A stretch of DNA of 64,000 bases from the NCBI RefSeq assembly GCF_006345805.1, contig NC_043020.1:28706001-28770000 (forward strand), written 5' to 3'. Origin of the DNA: Octopus sinensis. Its lineage: Eukaryota. Under the pieces are notes generated by a model. That model had not been told where the DNA came from. It did no database searches and saw only the letters and a list, made by a program, of their open reading frames with translations. The translations under genes were made by a program, and so were the position numbers. Of the stretch, positions 49,583 through 62,527 are shown in pieces (within the stretch, counting starts at the first letter, position 1; every line of letters begins with the position of its first letter).

Positions 49583-50664
49583 ACAACATCCGATTTTTGC
49601 CTTTTCTTTTAAATATGAAACTAAAAACTTCGTTTTATTTATTTTCCGCAGTGTTGAAATTCTTGCGAGGTTGATGTTTTTTTAACCGTGATATTCTTAA
49701 AATTCGAATGTCCGCCGAAAGGAATTTCGCATTAATCTCTTCAAGTTCTTAGTGACAACTTTTCTTTATTTAAATCTTCTCATATGAATCTTGTCAACCA
49801 AGTTTTTCTATTTCAGTTTCCTAATAAAAAGGGGTTTATCCCTAATTAAACAATAAGGAATCTTTTCGCTTTGACCGGCAGATTTTTAGAATAATTTCTT
49901 TGTAACTAAACACTTTTAAACTTCGTATACTGGTAGAATGTGTCAAAATAAAACATTTTTTCTCTTGGTTTTCTTGAGAAAATTCTGTTCTCTTTGTTCT
50001 TTAATTTCTTGCATTTCGACAATTTCAACCAGTCAATGACGTCTATTGAGGTGAATTCAATTTCTGCTGTAGTGTGTCTCTTAGATGAAAGGCTCCTTGT
50101 CAGTCTGAACTGTGTGGGGCATCGCAGAATTGATGGTTACTGACTCTAGTCTATCCTTAGACTTCAGTTTCATCTTTCATTCTCTTCCTTCTGTATAACA
50201 TCAATAACTGACTCACCGTCTCCCCTAATAACAGTCACCCTGATGTAAATATTACCCTACCAGGCTTCATTCTTTAATCTCCTCCATCTAATGTCATTCC
50301 CATATAACCAAGACATTTTATGCCAAATCTGAATGACTTCCATGAATGTAGTCATGCCATTCTTGTCTCCTTCAACAACACAAAGATGCAATCACTGGAC
50401 ATACTTAAAAAGCAATAGTTTGGCGTCTCAGGAGGACGATCAATGTAAAATGCGGCTGGAGATGGCAGTATTAAGAACGGATAATGCATATCAAGTGAAA
50501 TGGTTCTGGGCAGTAAGAAAGATAAGTGGGATCAGAAAAGCTGGTGAAGTACGCAGTTCTACTTTCACTGAGCTCCGGCAGCAGAATACTGCAGTTAGAA
50601 AGAGGATGGGTGGTGATGTCTTGAGGTGGGAATTGGCTGAGGTGGCCCAGTTCTACATATATAC

Positions 50665-51070
50665 TCTCTCTTTTACTCTTTTACTTGTTTCAGTCATTTG
50701 ACTGCGGCCATGCTGGAGCACCGCCTTTTTTAATCGAGCAACTCGACCCCCGGGACTTATTCTTTTGTAAGCCCAGTACTTATTCTATCGGTCTCTTTTT
50801 GCCGAACCGCTAAGTAACGGGGACATAAACACACCAGCATCGGTTGTCAAGCAATGCTAGGGGGACAAACACAGACACACACACACACACACATATATAT
50901 ACATATATACGACGGGCTTCTTTCAGTTTCCGTCTACTAAATCCACTCACAAGGCTTTGGACGGCCCGGGGCTATAGTAGAAGACACTTGCCCAAGATGC
51001 CACGCAGTGGGACTGAACCCGGAACCATGTGGTTGGTAAACAAGCTACTTACCACACAGCCACTCCTGTG
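50665..51070 (-). mobile_element. tRNA-derived SINE family 1, full-length representative
   Basis: Head GGAGTGGCTGTGTGGTAAG (A box) ...GGTTCAGTCCC (B box), internal (TA)n/(TG)n, (GTAAAAGA)n tail. Copies near 1, 4882, 7113, 8915, 10680, 13210, 14010, 17845, 18965, 20598, 36495, 44220, 46220. Confidence 0.9.
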
Positions 51071-51289
51071 CCCTCATAAAAAGCTCTCAGCCCACTCTGC
51101 AGAGTGGTTTGTGTTAGGAAGGGCATCCTGGTGTAAAAACCCTGCCAAAACAGACACAGTAGCCTGACTGGCTCCTGTCAAACTGTCCAACCCATGCCCA
51201 CATGAAAGGTGGATGTTAAACAATGATGATGACGATGATGATGATGATACACATTGTGCTTCCAGAATCTCAGATTCACTGAGATGGGC

Positions 51290-51780
51290 AAGTTTTTTTT
51301 TAGAACTGCATATTGTTATTCATTTCTTCCATTAGGGTCAAGGTTCTGAGATTAGTCTTCACCATTTTATCCCAAGTCTTCCTGTGATGGCTTGTAAGAC
51401 TATGATGAATAGGAGAGGTCGGAGATCTTAACCTTGACAGATGCCTACCTTCACATTAAATTTGTGACTGAAATTATTGCTAACACTATCCATTGCATCT
51501 TTGTACATAGTTTGACCAGCCCTCACAAGCTGTTCGTCTGCTCCAAGTTTCCTTATTGACCACTAAGTCCACTGAACATGACAGCTTGTCAAACACCATC
51601 TCCAAGTCAACAAATGCAATAAATAGAGGCTTATGCTTAGCCATGTATTTCTTCTGCAGTTGCCTCACAGTGACTGCATCCATGATACCTGTTACAGGTG
51701 AGAAGCCAAACTACATCTTTCCTAGAGCTATACTGCCATGGATCAATTGTGCTATTATTTTCTCTGTGATTTTGAGTGCA
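51290..51780 (-). mobile_element. Degenerate RTE RT fragment
   Basis: VRQLQKKYMAKHKPLFIAFVDLEMVFD (track ORF 51486..51683). Confidence 0.8.
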
Positions 51781-52364
51781 TCAGGGATGGTGGGGAGATG
51801 CACAAAATATCTGGTAGGCAGGATGCAAGACTATCATTTAGATTGTTAGTACAGGAAGTTGTTATACCCAATGACGAGGACAGCAGTTGTCATTGTAAGC
51901 TGCCACAAAGGCAAAGGAAATGCCTCAGAAAAAGGCAACTATATATATATACATGATATATAAAAAGCATGTAAAAAGCACCAACCAAACGCGGCTGATG
52001 CCAGTACCCGCTGACTGGCTCTTGTGCCAGTGGCACGTAAAAAGCACCATCTGAATGTAGCTAATGCTAGTACCCAGTGGCACGTAAACAGCACTATCTG
52101 AACGTGATCGATGCCAGGCCTGCCTGACTGGTTCCTGTGCTGGTGGCACATAATAAGCACCCACTACACTCTCAGAGTGGTAGGCATTAGGAAAGGCATC
52201 TAGCTGTGGAAACATTGCCAGATCAGACTGGAGCCTGGTGCAGCCACTGGCTCTCCAGACTTCAGTCTAACCATCCAACCCATGCCAGCATGGAAAATGG
52301 ACGTTAAACTATGATGATGATGATGAAAACATTTTTAAAGAATTTCATACACAAAGTAAAAGGC

Positions 52365-53385
52365 AATTCAATAAAGTTGCCATCAGACTTGATTACTGCC
52401 TTCATACAGCTTCTGAAACAACTAAACACATTGATCAAAAGATCTTTATTCATGCTGTCCCCAATGTCCCCAATAGCAGACGTCAACAAGTCCTTGGTAT
52501 TGTGTGCATGTTCCTTATTCTCCCTCCCAACGATATCCCAGATGTAGTAGTCCAGGAGTTTTAAATTAGGAGAATTAGAAGGCCAAACATTAAGAGCATT
52601 TCTAGCCACCCACTTCTGGGTTGTGCCAGGCTGGGAGAGAAGGAGCAAAGTCATATTGGAACCTACAGCTTCCCTTGAGTAACCGTCTTGATCTAAAGCT
52701 TCACAACCATCTCCATTGTTTCAATGAAGGCTACTGCATTGACCCAAAGATCTTGTGAGAAAAAATGAGGGCGTATGACATGGTTCACAAACCCCAAGAC
52801 TATTAAAGATGATAGGAACTTGATGTGCATAATAGTGGAGCCTTAAGCAGGGCTGGTGCAGAGCCATCTGTCATTCCTTTTGTTCAGTTTTTGATCTTGG
52901 ATAAAGTTCCCATCTGAGAAGAACCAGGGACCAGAGCATGTTGGGATTCTAGGGGTGCTTGGGTTCCACAAGCACTTCAACCAGATCTCATGGTTTTCCT
53001 GGGTTTTATCAGACATGATCTGCCATCTTCTCATAATACAGGATTTATATGTGATGACTTTGTGCAGCACATGTCTAATCATTGACTCTGACACATGGAA
53101 ACAATTAGCAATAACCCTCGCTGACTTGCCGGATTCTCGTTAATGATGTTCTGGACTTGGTGAACAAATCTAATTTTTCTGAAAATGTGTGACTGCCAAA
53201 ATAATCTTTTTGGCCAAAGAAGGTGCATTCCTGCTAGGGGCCAGGAGCTCTTTTTTGATCCTCAACATGAAGGGCCTGGTGACATTTAAGGAGGTTGCAA
53301 TCTCAGAATTACTGTGGTTGGTGCCTAAAGCAATGAGAATGGTGTGTCTTTTTATTGTCTGCTTTAGATTCTGGAGCTGAAAAAA
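52365..53385 (-). pseudogene. Decayed Tc1/mariner-superfamily (maT/DD37D-like) transposase
   Basis: FFSDGNFIQDQKLNKRNDRWL and WPSNSPNLKLLDYYIW (SPDLNPLDY motif) in broken frames. Confidence 0.85.
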
Positions 53386-53595
53386 GAGAAGATATTTAGT
53401 TAAAGTTTGAGCTACTTATGGGCCCACTTTTGTTCTTAACATGGCAGACACAACCTGTTTATATATACATATAATTCCATTTTATTTCATTAAGTTTTAA
53501 AACTTAAATTAGCTAAATGTTTTCCATCATTGTCAACACACTGTTGGAGACGTTCATGAAAGTTATCGGTAACTCTATGGATCATTTCTTCTGGA

Positions 53596-53930
53596 ATGGT
53601 GAAATGTGATTTCTTCTTGTGGGGATATTTAAAATCAAAAGTATTCAGTCATCGCCTTCGATCTATTGATGAATTAAAACGTGTAATTTGTGTAGAAATA
53701 GCAACCATTCCAGAAGAAATGATCCAAAGTGTTATCGATAACTTTCATGAACATCTCCAACAGTGTGTTGACAATGATGGGAGGCATTTCACTGATTTAA
53801 TTTTTAAAACTTAATGAAATAAAATGGCATTATACGTACATTCAGAAAATAAAATTTTTCTTTTCATTATTTCTTATTTTGCACTTTTATTAAGCCTCCA
53901 AATGTGTCAGATCATTTTGCTCCACCCTGT
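53596..53930 (+). mobile_element. Tc1/mariner-superfamily 3' end (transposase C-terminus plus TIR)
   Basis: CDFFLWGYLKSKVF...LQQCVDNDGRHF; ends CACCCTG|TA. Confidence 0.85.
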
Positions 53931-55576
53931 ATATATATCATATGAAATAAAAGTCAAAACACTGTGATGGTTTTTAAAAAATGTACTTTATATTTGAATA
54001 AATGAAGCAACAACCCTTTTCAGATAAATAAACTAAACTGGTGTGCTTTTGATTCTTGCACACAGAATAGTAGATGTCATGTTCATATAGGAATGTTCTA
54101 GACAGACCATAGTTCTTACACTACAGTAACCAACAAGTTCAACACATCTTTGTCCCAAATGTATTTCAACAAGGAGAGGCACAGTGGTTGAGACAGTTAA
54201 TATATATATAAAAAAAAAAGGGATGAAATAAGGAGATATTTATTTACATTCAGCACATGAGCTGTTGCGTAGCATCACACACACAGACACAAACACATAT
54301 GCTGCATTTAAATGTAAAACAGCATTGCCAAGTGTCTGGAGGTTAGAATTCCACGTTTTTTGAAGGGATAAGAAGAGGTTGCAATCCAGATTAGCTAAAA
54401 CTTAGAGGCTCTATTTCCTTATTTTTTCTTCTAGATTGTCTCAATTTAAATTAAATGCAAATGTGACCAAATTCTGTCAAAAGCAATAATTAAGCAGAAT
54501 AAAAGATCTGATTTACTACAAAACTAATTGTAAAGTCACTGCTGTAGAATCTAACCAAAAGTCGTTATATTTAAGAAAAATTTGCTAAGGTGCAATCCCC
54601 TTCATTTGTCAATGAAACAGGACCCTGCCATTAAAGGTTCTGCTTGATCCCGACTAAATTGATGTCAACTATTTACGAAAAATATACAAAAATATAAATA
54701 AGGTTAACAGTGACATCTAAAGAATTATATATCGAGCAAAATTTGACATCTTGAAGGTGTTTCTTGGATCAGAAGAAACGATCCTGTTTTGTTAAGTTTT
54801 ACGCATCTTGTCCTTAAAATAGATTTCCCCTCCAGTAATCCAAACTGAATAGTGATAAGCTTGTAGCCACATAATTTAAATGGTTCTTGAAAATAGGAAA
54901 AAAATTTTGATAATCTCTGGCAACATGAGTGTCCAAAGATGCGAATGACTTTTAGGTTGGCTTTCTTCCCAAAAACCTCAGCAACAGAAACTAAAATGTT
55001 TTATTCAATGATTCCAGAATGGTTTTGAACCATTTATGTCAACAGTGTTCACTACAGTTTTAACAGATATAGACATGGGGGAACAGGTATTAATAGGGTC
55101 TTCATTTGGGGGCCTCCTTTCCTTTGCAATTGCATGTAATTTGAAACAAATCCCTCCGTCTTTGCAGTTGTGGTTGCAATCAAAAAAAGAATAAATAAAT
55201 AAAATTCTGCAAAGAAAAAAATGAATAAATAAATAAAAGCTAAAGTTTCACAGCCATATTGTTTAAGGTGGGTTCCATTTCTGGGTGGTGGTCATATGGT
55301 GTAGTGTCTGTGTGTAGCTTGGTCTTGTTATCTTCATCCAAAAATCGACCGGTAAAGTAATGTTTTATAATCCACTGGTCAGCTAGCAGCGTATGGTAGA
55401 GCAGCTTGTACAGGTGACTGATGTGAATAGCTGTTCTTCCCTCCACAGGTAAAGGTGGGCAGTAGATTCCCAGCTGATGAACAAGATGCTAGCTTCTCTT
55501 CTCAGATCATCATCATCAGCAGAGAAGAGAGATAAAGACAGAGAATTAGAAATGTAATCATAGAACTGTCCCCTTC

Positions 55577-55756
55577 TCAGTTGTCTTTTAAGATAATGTT
55601 GTAATGTCTATCGTCTTCGGTAATAAGGTACACCTTGTCCCAGTTCTTGTCCGGCAAATCAGGAAATTTCAGTATAAAATCCTCTCTACCATATCGATAT
55701 AGACGAGGCACCGTGATTTGTACACCGAGTGCATGTCCTAAGAGGCACATATCAAT
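55577..55756 (-). CDS. OTULIN: OTULIN-like last exon with catalytic His/Asn (EDDRHYNIIFKDN*)
   Basis: ttttttacag| 180 nt, TGA at 55577-55579. Confidence 0.93.
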   Translation of the reverse strand: MDMCLLGHALGVQITVPRLYRYGREDFILKFPDLPDKNWDKVYLITEDDRHYNIILKDN

Positions 55757-58700
55757 CTGTAAAAAACGAAAAAAAAGAAGTATTTAAAGAGCAAGTTTCA
55801 ACTAAACCCATTTGCAAATTCTTCATTCAAATTTTTAAACCCTTTTGGCACCAACTTGCCTGAGACCACGGTTGGTAATATGATACAAACTCCTCGTTTT
55901 GAAGTGATCTAAATGAAATCTTCCATCAAAATTTCAAATTATTTTGTGTTCCTAATACCTTTACTACCCACAAGGGGCTAAACACAGAGGGGACAAACAA
56001 GGACAGACACACGGATTAAGCCAATTACATCGACCCCAGGGTGTAACTGGTACTTATTTAATCGACCCCGAAAGGATGAAAGGCAAAGTCTACCCCGGCG
56101 GAATTTGAACTCAGAACGTAGCGGCAGACGAAATACCTATTTCTTTACTACACACAAGGGGCTAAACACAGAGGGGACAAACAAGGACAGACAAATGGAT
56201 TAAGTCAATTATTTCGACCCCAGTGCGTAACTGGTACTTATTTAATCAACCCCGAAAGGATGAAAGGAAAAGTCGACCTCAGTAGAATTTGAACTCAGAA
56301 CGTAACAGCAGACGAAATACCGCTAAGCATTTCGCCTGGTGTGCTAACGTTTCTGCCAAATTTGTCACCTTATGTTCCTAATACCAGCTTAATAACGATA
56401 AAAGTTATTTTACTAAATTCTTCCTTATTTTATAAATTAATCAAAACTAAGGCAAAATATTACAACAGAAATATGGTAACAAAAAGAATTAAACAAGAAA
56501 TGAAACAGTTCATAGAATGGAATAAATCTGGAAGCATGAAAGGGCTCAGCGTGATAAGCTAGACACCTCCCCATTCTTAAAGCACACCAACTGATAATGT
56601 TTTGCAAACTGCTTATATTTACTATAAATCACCTCCCTCCGACAAGTCATCCTAACGAGACGTCTGCATTGGCTGGGTCATGCCCTCCGTCGTCAACCAG
56701 GAGAATTCATCTACGAAGTAATTACCACAGTTCCCCTTCAGAGTTGGTGAAAGCGATGTGGTGGACAGTGAAAAACCTGGCTGATGACAGTCAAGGCTGA
56801 TCTGGAACCCAATCTAGGCCCCCATGTCTACGGTGGCTATTATATCTACTTCAAATTTTTTTTGTCTTTAATTTAGACAAAAGCCTGGTAATTTTGAAGG
56901 AAGGGATAAGCTTATACTATCATCCTCAGTAGTTGACTGGAACTTTATTTAATCAACCCTGGAGGGATGAAAGACAAAGTTGACCACAGCAAGGTTTGAA
57001 CTCGGAATGTAAAGAGCTGAAACAAACGCAGCAAGGAATTGTCTCTGACATACTAACAATCCTTCCAGCCCACCACCCTTATCTATTTTATAATTATTTC
57101 CAAACAGCTACCATATTCCACTACATAATATTATTCTTGTTAGATGGAAAAATCTAGAATTCCAATAATGATTATAATGATAAACTTAGAAACGTTTAAC
57201 AGACTCGGAATCCTTTTAAAAGAAGTTGCCATTTCCAAAGAATACAAACCTGTTCTAAACCATCATTGTCTCCGACTGCATTCAAAATGTTTCTTAACAA
57301 GTCCGCAGGGGTATGAGATGTATCACGAGCAAATATAAACTGGACAAAGAAGGGATAATCAACAGCTTGTTGGTTTTTATAAACGTCAATTATATCAAGC
57401 AACATAAGCAATTTGGCAGCTTCCATTATTTTTATATCAACAATTGGTTCTCTGTTTAAGAGGTCCTCCACCCAGTCTTCTCTCTCTGTCTTGTCCATCT
57501 CTAAAGCTAAGTTATGCTGAAATGAAAGAAAGAAAGAAAAATTTGTTTTATCTGCCAGGAAACACTAAGAAATTACTTTAAGAATAATATATTTTTGACC
57601 TTATAAGCAGATGCAGCTGAGGGCTTAGCTATTGTTAACCGACAGCTAGGGTTAAGGGGAAAATAGGAAACTTCTGGCAAAAATACCAAATAGAAATCCA
57701 CTTAGCAATTACATTACAAGAAAATATTTCAATGACTTTTGAAAGTTGAAACTGATTGTAACATGATCTGAAAATGAATAGAATAGCAATTTTTTTTACT
57801 ATATAGTTATAGTTTGTCATTACCTCCATGAGGTCCAATGCTCGAATGGTGCTTTTTATGTGCCACTGGCACGTGTGACAGTTACAGGACACCAGCACCA
57901 GCCACAACTACGATTTCACTTCACTCGAAAGGTTTTCTCAAGCACAGATTGTCACCAAAGGTCTTAGAAAATTGGGTAAATATCCTTAGAAAATGGCAAA
58001 AAAAGAGACTAGCAAACCACGACAGTGAATCGAACACTGGACCTCATTCGATTCTCTGTAGCAGCTTGCTGGTCACTATTTTCCGTTTTCCAAGGTATTT
58101 CATCATCATTGTTCGACTGTGGTTGAGACAATGGAATTTACGATGTTACACCAGACTTCACAGTCCATCATAGCATTACGGAGATCCTGTTGCTGGATGC
58201 CTGTATCCCTGGAGATTACATCAGCGTAGGAGAGTGTGCGCCCTCTGGAATTGCGAGCAGATGGCTTCCAGAGGAGAAGAGTTACCTAATCTTTAATTTT
58301 TTCACAGCTATTCTGCATTCAAGATTTACTGTATCAATAGAGATAAAAATCAAGGTACCTGTGAGTAAAATTCATCAATGCAAGAAAATAGCATTTCTTT
58401 CACATCAGTGTAGTTTAAACGCCTGGCAAATGACCACCTCTTTAGTTCCCATTCTGGTTCCTCCAAATATTGGTTTAAAAGCTAGAAATGTACCACAAAT
58501 GTATAGACATTTATTTACATGAATATCAGAGAAAATACTTACACTTGAAACCTTCCATTATATAAATTTAACCGAAAGGACATCAATAGTAATTATTTTT
58601 AATATAATACTGAAAGGCTATCACGAGATAAAACATTTCTTCTAAGAACTAGTCTGCTAATCTAGTCAATGAAAATTTGTTCATTTGTTTTTATGTCCGT

Positions 58701-60808
58701 TTTTCCATGCTAGCATGGGTTAGATGAATATATTTTGTTGGAACATTGTTTTGAAGCTGGAAACCCTCCCTTCTAATAGTCCTTACCTGTTTTTCTAGTA
58801 AGAATGTGAGAAAAGTAGATTGTAATTTAAAGTGAGATAGAAAAGGTTGCTGAAAAAAAAATTGTTATTGCAAAATATTACTTCATCAATAAGAACTTCT
58901 GAAACACTGAATATAAAAGTTGATAATCTATTTCCAAAGTATTGAAGTTTCAAACAATTTTTCTTGTTCCAACTTGTGAATCCATTTATTTTAGCTGTCC
59001 CAGTCTAACTAGAAAACAAGATCCACATCTGCTTAAAGAGAGAGAAATTAGAACTTAAAAAGGTTACATTAACAAAACTTCAAAAGTATTAGAAAAATCA
59101 CTGAGATTGTGATAAATAGTCATTTGTGTATCATACTCAATGTAGATACATTCCCCAAAACACAAATTATAATATCTCTTATTGACACATCCGTAAGAGA
59201 TATCTCCAGACAAATACAGCAATTAATTTGCTTTTCTGTGATGTCTGCATTAAGTATGATACACAGATGACTATTTTAATCTAATCTGCTTTTGTTGCAC
59301 ACAACAGGTTATTATGGAAAATATTTTTCTCTCTTACATTCTTTACAATTTCTGCTGTAGCAAATTCCTGTTTTATTGCAATTCCATTTATTAGCAGTTG
59401 AACTATACAGGAACGGATTCCACAATAGTTATCTCCACGTATAACTCGTATGTAGGTACAGCTGAAGGTCTGTTGTACGAAATCATAAGCCTGAAATACG
59501 AAGAGAAGATAAAAGCCTGAAATATGGAATCGTAAACCTGAAACACAAGCAGAAAGAATTACGTAAGTTTAATAGTTGCATTGAAGTGTGAAAATGAGTA
59601 AATTCGATCCAAGAACAGATAGACATGCTGGGTCTTTTCGGTTTGAACAGCAGTTTTTTCTAGCGGTGTCATATGAAATTGTCACCCATAATTATGACCC
59701 TAGTATCGATCTATTGCATTCCAATCTGTTTTAGGGTTAGGGGTGGGGGGAAGGGTATCTTTTTTACTTCACAAATGTAAATAAACCCAATCTGTTTCTT
59801 AAACGAGGGACATATTCATACGGCACAGAATGTTTTTTTACCTCAATAGATGTCAGTGATTGATTGAAATTGCAGAAATTGAAGAAAAAAAAACAACAAA
59901 TATCTTACAAACTATAGAATTTTCTCAATAAAGTCAAGAGAAAAAGATGTTTTATAAACACATTCTACCGGTATACGAAGTTTAAAAGTTTTTAGTTACC
60001 TAGAAATTACGTTAAAAACTGCTGTTCAAACCGAAAAGATCCGACATGCTTAACCCTTTGCCTGTTTTGTGTCTCACATCCGATACACAGGACACATTTC
60101 CTTGGCATCTGTACATCGTATATAACAGACGTTCCCAATTTTTTCAATTATTACAGTAATTTGGGACTTACGTAAAAAATGCTTTTTAATACTCAGAGTA
60201 TATGAAACAAAAGCCAACTAAACATTTTCAAACAAGCACAGACTTTTAGGACAGATTTAAGAGAATGCTTTGGAGGACGACAACCTGTAAGTGTAGTGGG
60301 TGCTTTTTACGTGCCACCGGCACAGGTGCCAGGGGAGGCTGGCAACAGCCACGATCGGTTGGTGGTTTTTATGTGTCACCGACACGGAAGCTATTCAAGG
60401 CGGCGCTGGCATTGGCCACATATGGATGGTGCTTTTTAGGTGCCACTGGCACAGGTGTCAGGTTACGCTGGCGGGAAATTAACACGCACTCCACAGAAAT
60501 GCCTATCCTTAACATATTCTCAAGGAGATTCAGTGTGACACGGAGTGTGACAAAGCCAGCCCTTTGATTACGGGTACGATTCATTTTAGTCAGCTGAGTG
60601 ACGTGACAAGTCACACAAAAATAAACAAACAAACAAACAAAAAAAAAAAACAACAACTAACAAGTGAAAAAACAAGCAATAATGATATAAATACTTACCT
60701 CTCGATATTTCTGAGATACTGGGTTGTCCCTAGGCCATCGAGTTTTACCATATTCTTGTATATTTTGTTGGGGGCCTACATTTATAACATTTTTCTCGTC
60801 ATCTCTCC
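55577..60808 (-). CDS. OTULIN: OTULIN/FAM105-family ubiquitin thioesterase, 3' five exons (5'-partial)
   Basis: Exons 60699-60808, 59338-59490, 58359-58481, 57250-57516, 55577-55756 join in frame. Motifs IRVIRGDNYCGIRS, EAAKLLML, PFFVQFIFARDTS, GLEQIDM and LITEDDRHYNI match recalled human OTULIN IRRVRGDNYCALRA, EAVKFLML, PFFSVLLFARDTS, GLEQVEM and LIAEDDRHYNI. Confidence 0.94.
57250..57516 (-). CDS. OTULIN: OTULIN-like exon (HNLALEMDKTERE...FARDTS...GLEQ)
   Basis: ctttcatttcag| 267 nt |gtttgt; overlaps track ORF 57196..57498. Confidence 0.93.
58100..58290 (-). mobile_element. RTEX-like LINE 3' end; a related fragment lies at ~45860-46155 (+)
   Basis: LLLWKPSARNSRGRTLSYADVISRDTG...AMMDCEVW followed by (TGA)n; the other copy reads LLLWMPKHG...YVDQLTRD. 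Confidence 0.65.
58359..58481 (-). CDS. OTULIN: OTULIN-like exon (LLNQYLEEPEWELKRWSFARRLNYTDVKEMLFSCIDEFYSQ)
   Basis: catttctag| 123 nt |gtacct; phase 0-0; W-x3/4-W pattern like NWIKQW. Confidence 0.85.
59338..59490 (-). CDS. OTULIN: OTULIN-like exon with catalytic Cys (RGDNYC)
   Basis: tatttcag| 153 nt |gtaaga. An alternative in-frame donor (gtaaag) would end the exon at 59347. Confidence 0.92.
59630..60042. mobile_element. 413-bp MITE with ~29-bp TIRs and perfect 8-bp TSD (Merlin-like)
   Basis: GGGTCTTTTCGGTTTGAACAGCAGTTTTT...AAAAACTGCTGTTCAAACCGAAAAGATCC flanked by GACATGCT on both sides; GG..CC termini. Confidence 0.88.
60699..60808 (-). CDS. OTULIN: OTULIN-like exon (RDDEKNVINVGPQQNIQEYGKTRWPRDNPVSQKYRE)
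   Basis: attttacag| 110 nt |gtaagt; phase 1 to 0; aligns with LSVAPEMDIMDYCKKEWRG. Confidence 0.88.
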
Positions 60809-60949
60809 CTGTAAAATATTATTAAAACAAATAATTGAAAAAAAAAGAAACAAAAGCAAAACAAGAAAGCATCAGTTCCTAATATTTGAGAATTTATAAA
60901 ATCCTGAAGACGAATTTCAATTCTTACAAGAGGGCGCCAACTACCAAAG

Positions 60950-61445
60950 ACTAGAAATTTTAAGTTCTTTGTAATGTGGTCCGAGTCTTTAGTTTTAGTT
61001 CCTCCTGCTTGTAACGGAACATTGGGCAATGAGTTGCCTCCACTGAGCAGTGTCTGCTGCTGCTGCCACTTTTGCATTAGTCCAGGTCAATTGCAGGTCC
61101 CTTAAGTCCTCATGGAGAGTACTGCACCCATTTCTGGGCGGTCTTCCTCTCCCTCGTTTGATCCCAGCCAGTGTCCGGGTCAATGCAGTGTCTTCCTATA
61201 ACCGTATTATTATATGTCTAATGAATCGCTATCTTCACTTCTTGACGATGTCTGATAGGTTGTCGAGCCCTGGCCGCTGCATGACCTCCTCATGGGTGAT
61301 GTAGTCCCTCCACAATATTCCAAGTTTAAAACGAATGCATCGCCTACAAAAGATGTCCAATTTGTTAATGATGCTAGCTGTGCTTTGCCGTGTCTGGTAT
61401 GCACAGATAGCTGTAGGCACGACAATCGACAAGTAGAGATGACTT
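60950..61445 (-). mobile_element. Degenerate RTE-clade LINE C-terminal fragment (second family)
   Basis: WRDYITHEEVMQR...LSDIVKK and KRGRGRP motifs across frameshifts. Confidence 0.75.
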
Positions 61446-61449
61446 TTTA

Positions 61450-61890
61450 GAGTGCAAGCACCCTGAGAGAAAAGTTGGAAATAAAGAAGAATCAGATGTG
61501 GTTTGCAAGAGAGACGATTGCACTGGTATGGTGATGAGCTGTGTATGGATGAGGACAGCTGTGTGAAGAAGTGTCACACCCTAACAGTGGAAGGAACCTG
61601 TGGAAGAGGTAAACCCAGGAAGACATGGGATGAGGTGGTGAAGCATGACCTTTGAATGTTGGGCCTCACAGAGGCAATGACAAGAGACTGAGACCTTTGG
61701 AGATATGCTGTGACTGAGAAGGCAACAAAAGAGAGATCGCAGCTGTGGCTGATACCAGAGGTGCATGTCCAGTCCATTTAAAAAGTGCCCTTGAATTGCT
61801 GGGCAACACACTGTGCTTGAGAAGACCTGTTGAGTCAAGTGGAATCGTAGTCATGGCTGATGCTGCCTGACTGGTTCCCATGTAAAAAGC
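61450..61890 (+). mobile_element. Degenerate RTE C-terminal/3' fragment
   Basis: SCVKKCHTLTVEGTCGRGKPRKTWDEVVKHDL, near-identical to the 40894 ORF end. Confidence 0.85.
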
Positions 61891-62290
61891 TCGTGGGGTC
61901 GGAGCGTAACCCATCTCTCTACTTCATCTCATGTTTGTATTTCATCCTTGTTGTATCTCATTCGATTTCGTTATATTTTGTAAAATTTTAAAAGTCATAT
62001 AATCATTGTGTGTCTGACCCCAATCAGGCTGTATTGTCCCCCTCTATGTTTGGGCCCTTGTGGCTAATAAAGAAATTGGTTGATGCCAGTTCTGCCTGAC
62101 TGGCCTTTTACATGGCACTGGCACCAGTGAGGTTACCAAGTAACTTGCAAGACAAAAGATCCCTCAGCTGAGGAGGGGTACAGTATTGAGAGCAGAAGCT
62201 GTGTTGGAGATAAAAGCTTTTATGGATGTGCTGTGTTTAAAAATACAATATATATATATTGGAATTGGACATAAATGTGTGTGGAATTTG

Positions 62291-62527
62291 ATATATATAT
62301 ATGTATGTGTATATATATATGTATGTGTGTATGTATATATATATATGTATGTATGGGTGTATGTATGTATGTGTGTATGTATGTGTGTATGTATGTATGT
62401 ATGTGTGTAAGTATGTATGTGTGTATGCATGTATGTGTGTGTATGAGTGTGTATGTATGTGTGTATGTATGTATGCATGTATGTGTGTGTATGCATGTAT
62501 GTATGTGTGTGTGTATGCATGTATGTG
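62291..62527. repeat. (TATG)n/(TG)n microsatellite
   Basis: Direct reading of the sequence. Confidence 0.95.
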
